This document shows positions 61,670 through 64,000 of a stretch of 64,000 nt of DNA, piece by piece (the first letter of the stretch is position 1; each line of letters opens with the position of its first letter). Source of the stretch: Rhina ancylostomus (lineage: Eukaryota); NCBI GenBank assembly GCA_030265395.1, contig JARFYF010000054.1, forward strand, positions 22,984,169 to 23,048,168, in the 5' to 3' direction. A program made the translations under genes and the position numbers. The notes beneath the pieces were generated by a model, which was not told the DNA's origin, did not search any database, and saw only the letters and a program-made list of their open reading frames with translations.

Positions 61670-62054
61670 TGGAGCTCCTTGTTACTGAGTTGTTTGCACT
61701 CTTGCCACTGAATTCATAGGTCATGAGTGTAGTTCCCACTCCAAAGACTGAACATGCTCTGGTGCAGTACAGAGGGGTTGCTGCATTGTCAAAGGTGCCT
61801 TTGTTTTGGTGGGATATTAATCCAAGATCCCATCTGCTCTTTCAGTTGAACTTAAAAGATTACAAATGGGAGAGTTCTCCCTGGTATCTTGGCCCATATT
61901 TGTCGCTCAGTGAACATCACTGAAAATAGAATATAAGGTTTGTGGGAGGTTACTGTGCATAAATTGAATACTCAGTCTCCAACATTACAACACTTAAAAA
62001 GTAAAGGGGCTTTGAGACAATCTGAAATCAGGAAAACGCTGTAAATACAGGTCT
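61670..62054 (+). mobile_element. DeuSINE, near full length
   Basis: gcactcttgccactga..ttcccactcca..gtgcagtacagaggggttgctgcattgtcaaaggtgcc..gagttctccctggtatcttggcc..gctttgagaca..taaatacaggtct. Confidence 0.8.
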
Positions 62055-62789
62055 GTCATATGGTCTCTTCAGAAAATTTGTTTGTCACTTTGTGGTCAGT
62101 TTTTTACTGAAGACTATGAGACCTAGAAAGCTAGGTTGAGAATATCTAAACCAACTCTTGTGACATTAATGGAAGGTGACTTTAAGACCATTTGGTATGG
62201 GTTGGATATGAACCTTATACAGCATTATACCATTTCACTTTCAGAACAATATTAAAATGTTCTCTCAAAATAACAGTGAAGAAATCCAAATAAAGTTGTA
62301 TGCTTGGTTCACTAACGTTAGCCAGTCACCACGAGTATTTGTACACTTTGGTTATGGAGAGTGAGTCAAGTGACTGTCTGTTGACTGCATTGGTTAATGT
62401 TTATTTTTGGAGTTAACTGTGCTGGTTTATGTTGGCCAAGGCTTTGGTTGAACCTTTGTGGATTGAAGAATGTGAGATATTTGTACTTTTAGTATGAAAG
62501 GCTTGTGAAGGAAAGCATGTTAACCATGTTTATGTTGACAGACTGGCTCATAAATACTGTGGTTGGATCGTAAAAATATTGCATATTGATAGGAGCTGGC
62601 ACCATCAATCTCTTTGCATTCCAGCTTGACTGAATGCTGAATTGAGGAATACCATGTGGGAGGTTTTCCTCACTCGTTAATGTTATTTTGCCAATTTCAT
62701 GCCTTCTCTTCCGCCTCCAAACATTTTAATTCCTCATGGTTTATAAAGTGGAAATATCCTCTGTTATCCCAATAGCCATGATTTACATG

Positions 62790-63572
62790 AGTATGAAAGA
62801 CCACTTTAATGTTTGCTCTGTAAGTCCCTGGTTCACTCTTTCACCTCAACCAATCACTCCCCTTCTCACAGAACTTTCCATGCAACTGATGGTGATGCAA
62901 CATTTGTGCTTTTGTCCCTTTCTCATCATCCAGGGCCCTAAACATCCTTTCCTGGTGAAGCAGCAATTCACTTGCACTTTTCTTCAATTTCGTATGTTGC
63001 ATTCAGTGTGTACGATATGGTTTCTTCTGCATTGGAGAAACCAATTGCAGATCAATTGACTGCTTTGCAGAGTACTTCAGTTCAGTCCACATGGTTGACC
63101 CTGAGCTTCAAGTTGTCTGCCACTTTAATTCTCCATCTCATTCCTCTCTTGTTCTGTCTTCCAAGCAATCCTACACTGCTCCAGTAACACCCAATGTAAG
63201 CCTAAGGAGCACTTCATGTTTCATCTGAAGACATTACAGTCTTCAAATCTAACAATTCCAGGAAATTTGTGGCTTGACTTCTATATTTCAATTTGCTTCC
63301 TCATTTCTCTTCTGCCTGTAATTTCCTATTTTTAAAGAAATTGTTACCTTGATAACACTACACCAATTAAAGACATTGCCTCACACTTGTCACTCTACCC
63401 ATCTGCTTTCTGCAACTTTAAATGTGGTTCTTTTCTCACTTTTCTAGTTTTGACAAAGAACCATTGATCTGAAACATTAACTCTGCCTCTCTCTCTGTTG
63501 ATGCTGTTTGACCCACCAAGTGCTTCCAACATTTACTGTTTCAGGTTTCCAACATCTGCTGTATTTTTGCTT
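62790..63572 (+). mobile_element. Penelope-like retroelement: GIY-YIG endonuclease region and terminal repeat
   Basis: Across frameshifts: TFPCN..CNI..IQGPKHPFLVKQQFTCT..FVCCIQCVRYGFFCIGETNCRSIDCFAEYFSSV..DPELQVVCHFNSP (cf. VYCIRC..CGLLYIGET.R.L.DRFAEHL). It ends in the terminal repeat ttgacaaag..tgaaacattaactct..tttccaacatctgc. Confidence 0.88.
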
Positions 63573-64000
63573 CATTAAGCATTACTGCCACTGCTGCTGT
63601 CAGGAACCTCACTTGAGCCTCTGCTCTCCCCACTGCTGTGAGCTGTTTGCTGGGAACCTGGTTGTGGTTCCCTGGTCTGCCCGTGCAAGCAGCCTCTGTG
63701 CATTGCCTTGATGGCTCACTGCACACCAAACCTTGCGGTGATGAGATCTCCATTCCCTTGCTGTGGGAGTATCAGCAGAGGGTGTAGGTTCACGCCAGGT
63801 TCCTGGTACAGCAGCATACAGCCTGAGCAGATGTCTTCTTTTAAAGTTCAGGGGCGTATGTACCTGACTCCAGGACCAAGCTCGCTATAACGAATCAGTG
63901 CTCTGCAGGATAGCACTGAAGAGGGGTACCAATGTAATTCATTACTGTTTGAGGTGCAGAGACTTTGACCCTTTCCCTTATCATTCCACACTGCATTTTT

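Larger units (their letters stand above)
8216..64000 (+). other. Large intron (>55 kb) downstream of the AUTS2-family exon
   Basis: The next conserved exon (VPK[IV]SGLERS) is absent from the ORF track and was not seen by eye. It could be hidden in an N-gap, but very long introns are typical of this family. Confidence 0.65.

Noticed and set aside
1-64000. CRISPR arrays, operons, rRNA, endogenous viral genes or intact transposase/RT genes
   Set aside because: No regularly spaced repeat-spacer pattern, no long gap-free ORF, and every TE-derived frame is broken.

Overview
Eukaryotic, AT-rich and almost entirely non-coding DNA from a draft assembly with 13 N-gaps. The repeat content (HE1-type V-SINEs, DeuSINEs, CR1, L2, RTE, Vingi-like, Rex1/Babar, Penelope-like, PIF/Harbinger) points to a cartilaginous fish, probably a batoid; this is an inference from recalled consensus sequences. 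The only host coding sequence I can support is one 49-nt exon at 8167-8215 (+), missed by the ORF track. It encodes VSDATSEKLFNTTTSK, matching the small 'SEKLF' exon (exon 6 in human AUTS2) of the AUTS2/FBRSL1 family. The rest of the window is therefore the two large flanking introns. The listed ORFs are decayed transposon fragments, chance ORFs or gap artefacts. I found no intact novel protein-coding system. The best leads are a near-perfect 99-nt hairpin (54342-54440), a 53-nt pre-miRNA-sized hairpin (41431-41483), a possible splicing-control module just downstream of the exon, a Harbinger relic with an open 14-residue-repeat ORF, a Penelope-derived fold-back around a degenerate hammerhead core, and several motif-dense candidate conserved enhancers. 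Repeat boundaries are approximate (tens of bp), and family names come from memory, not from a database search.
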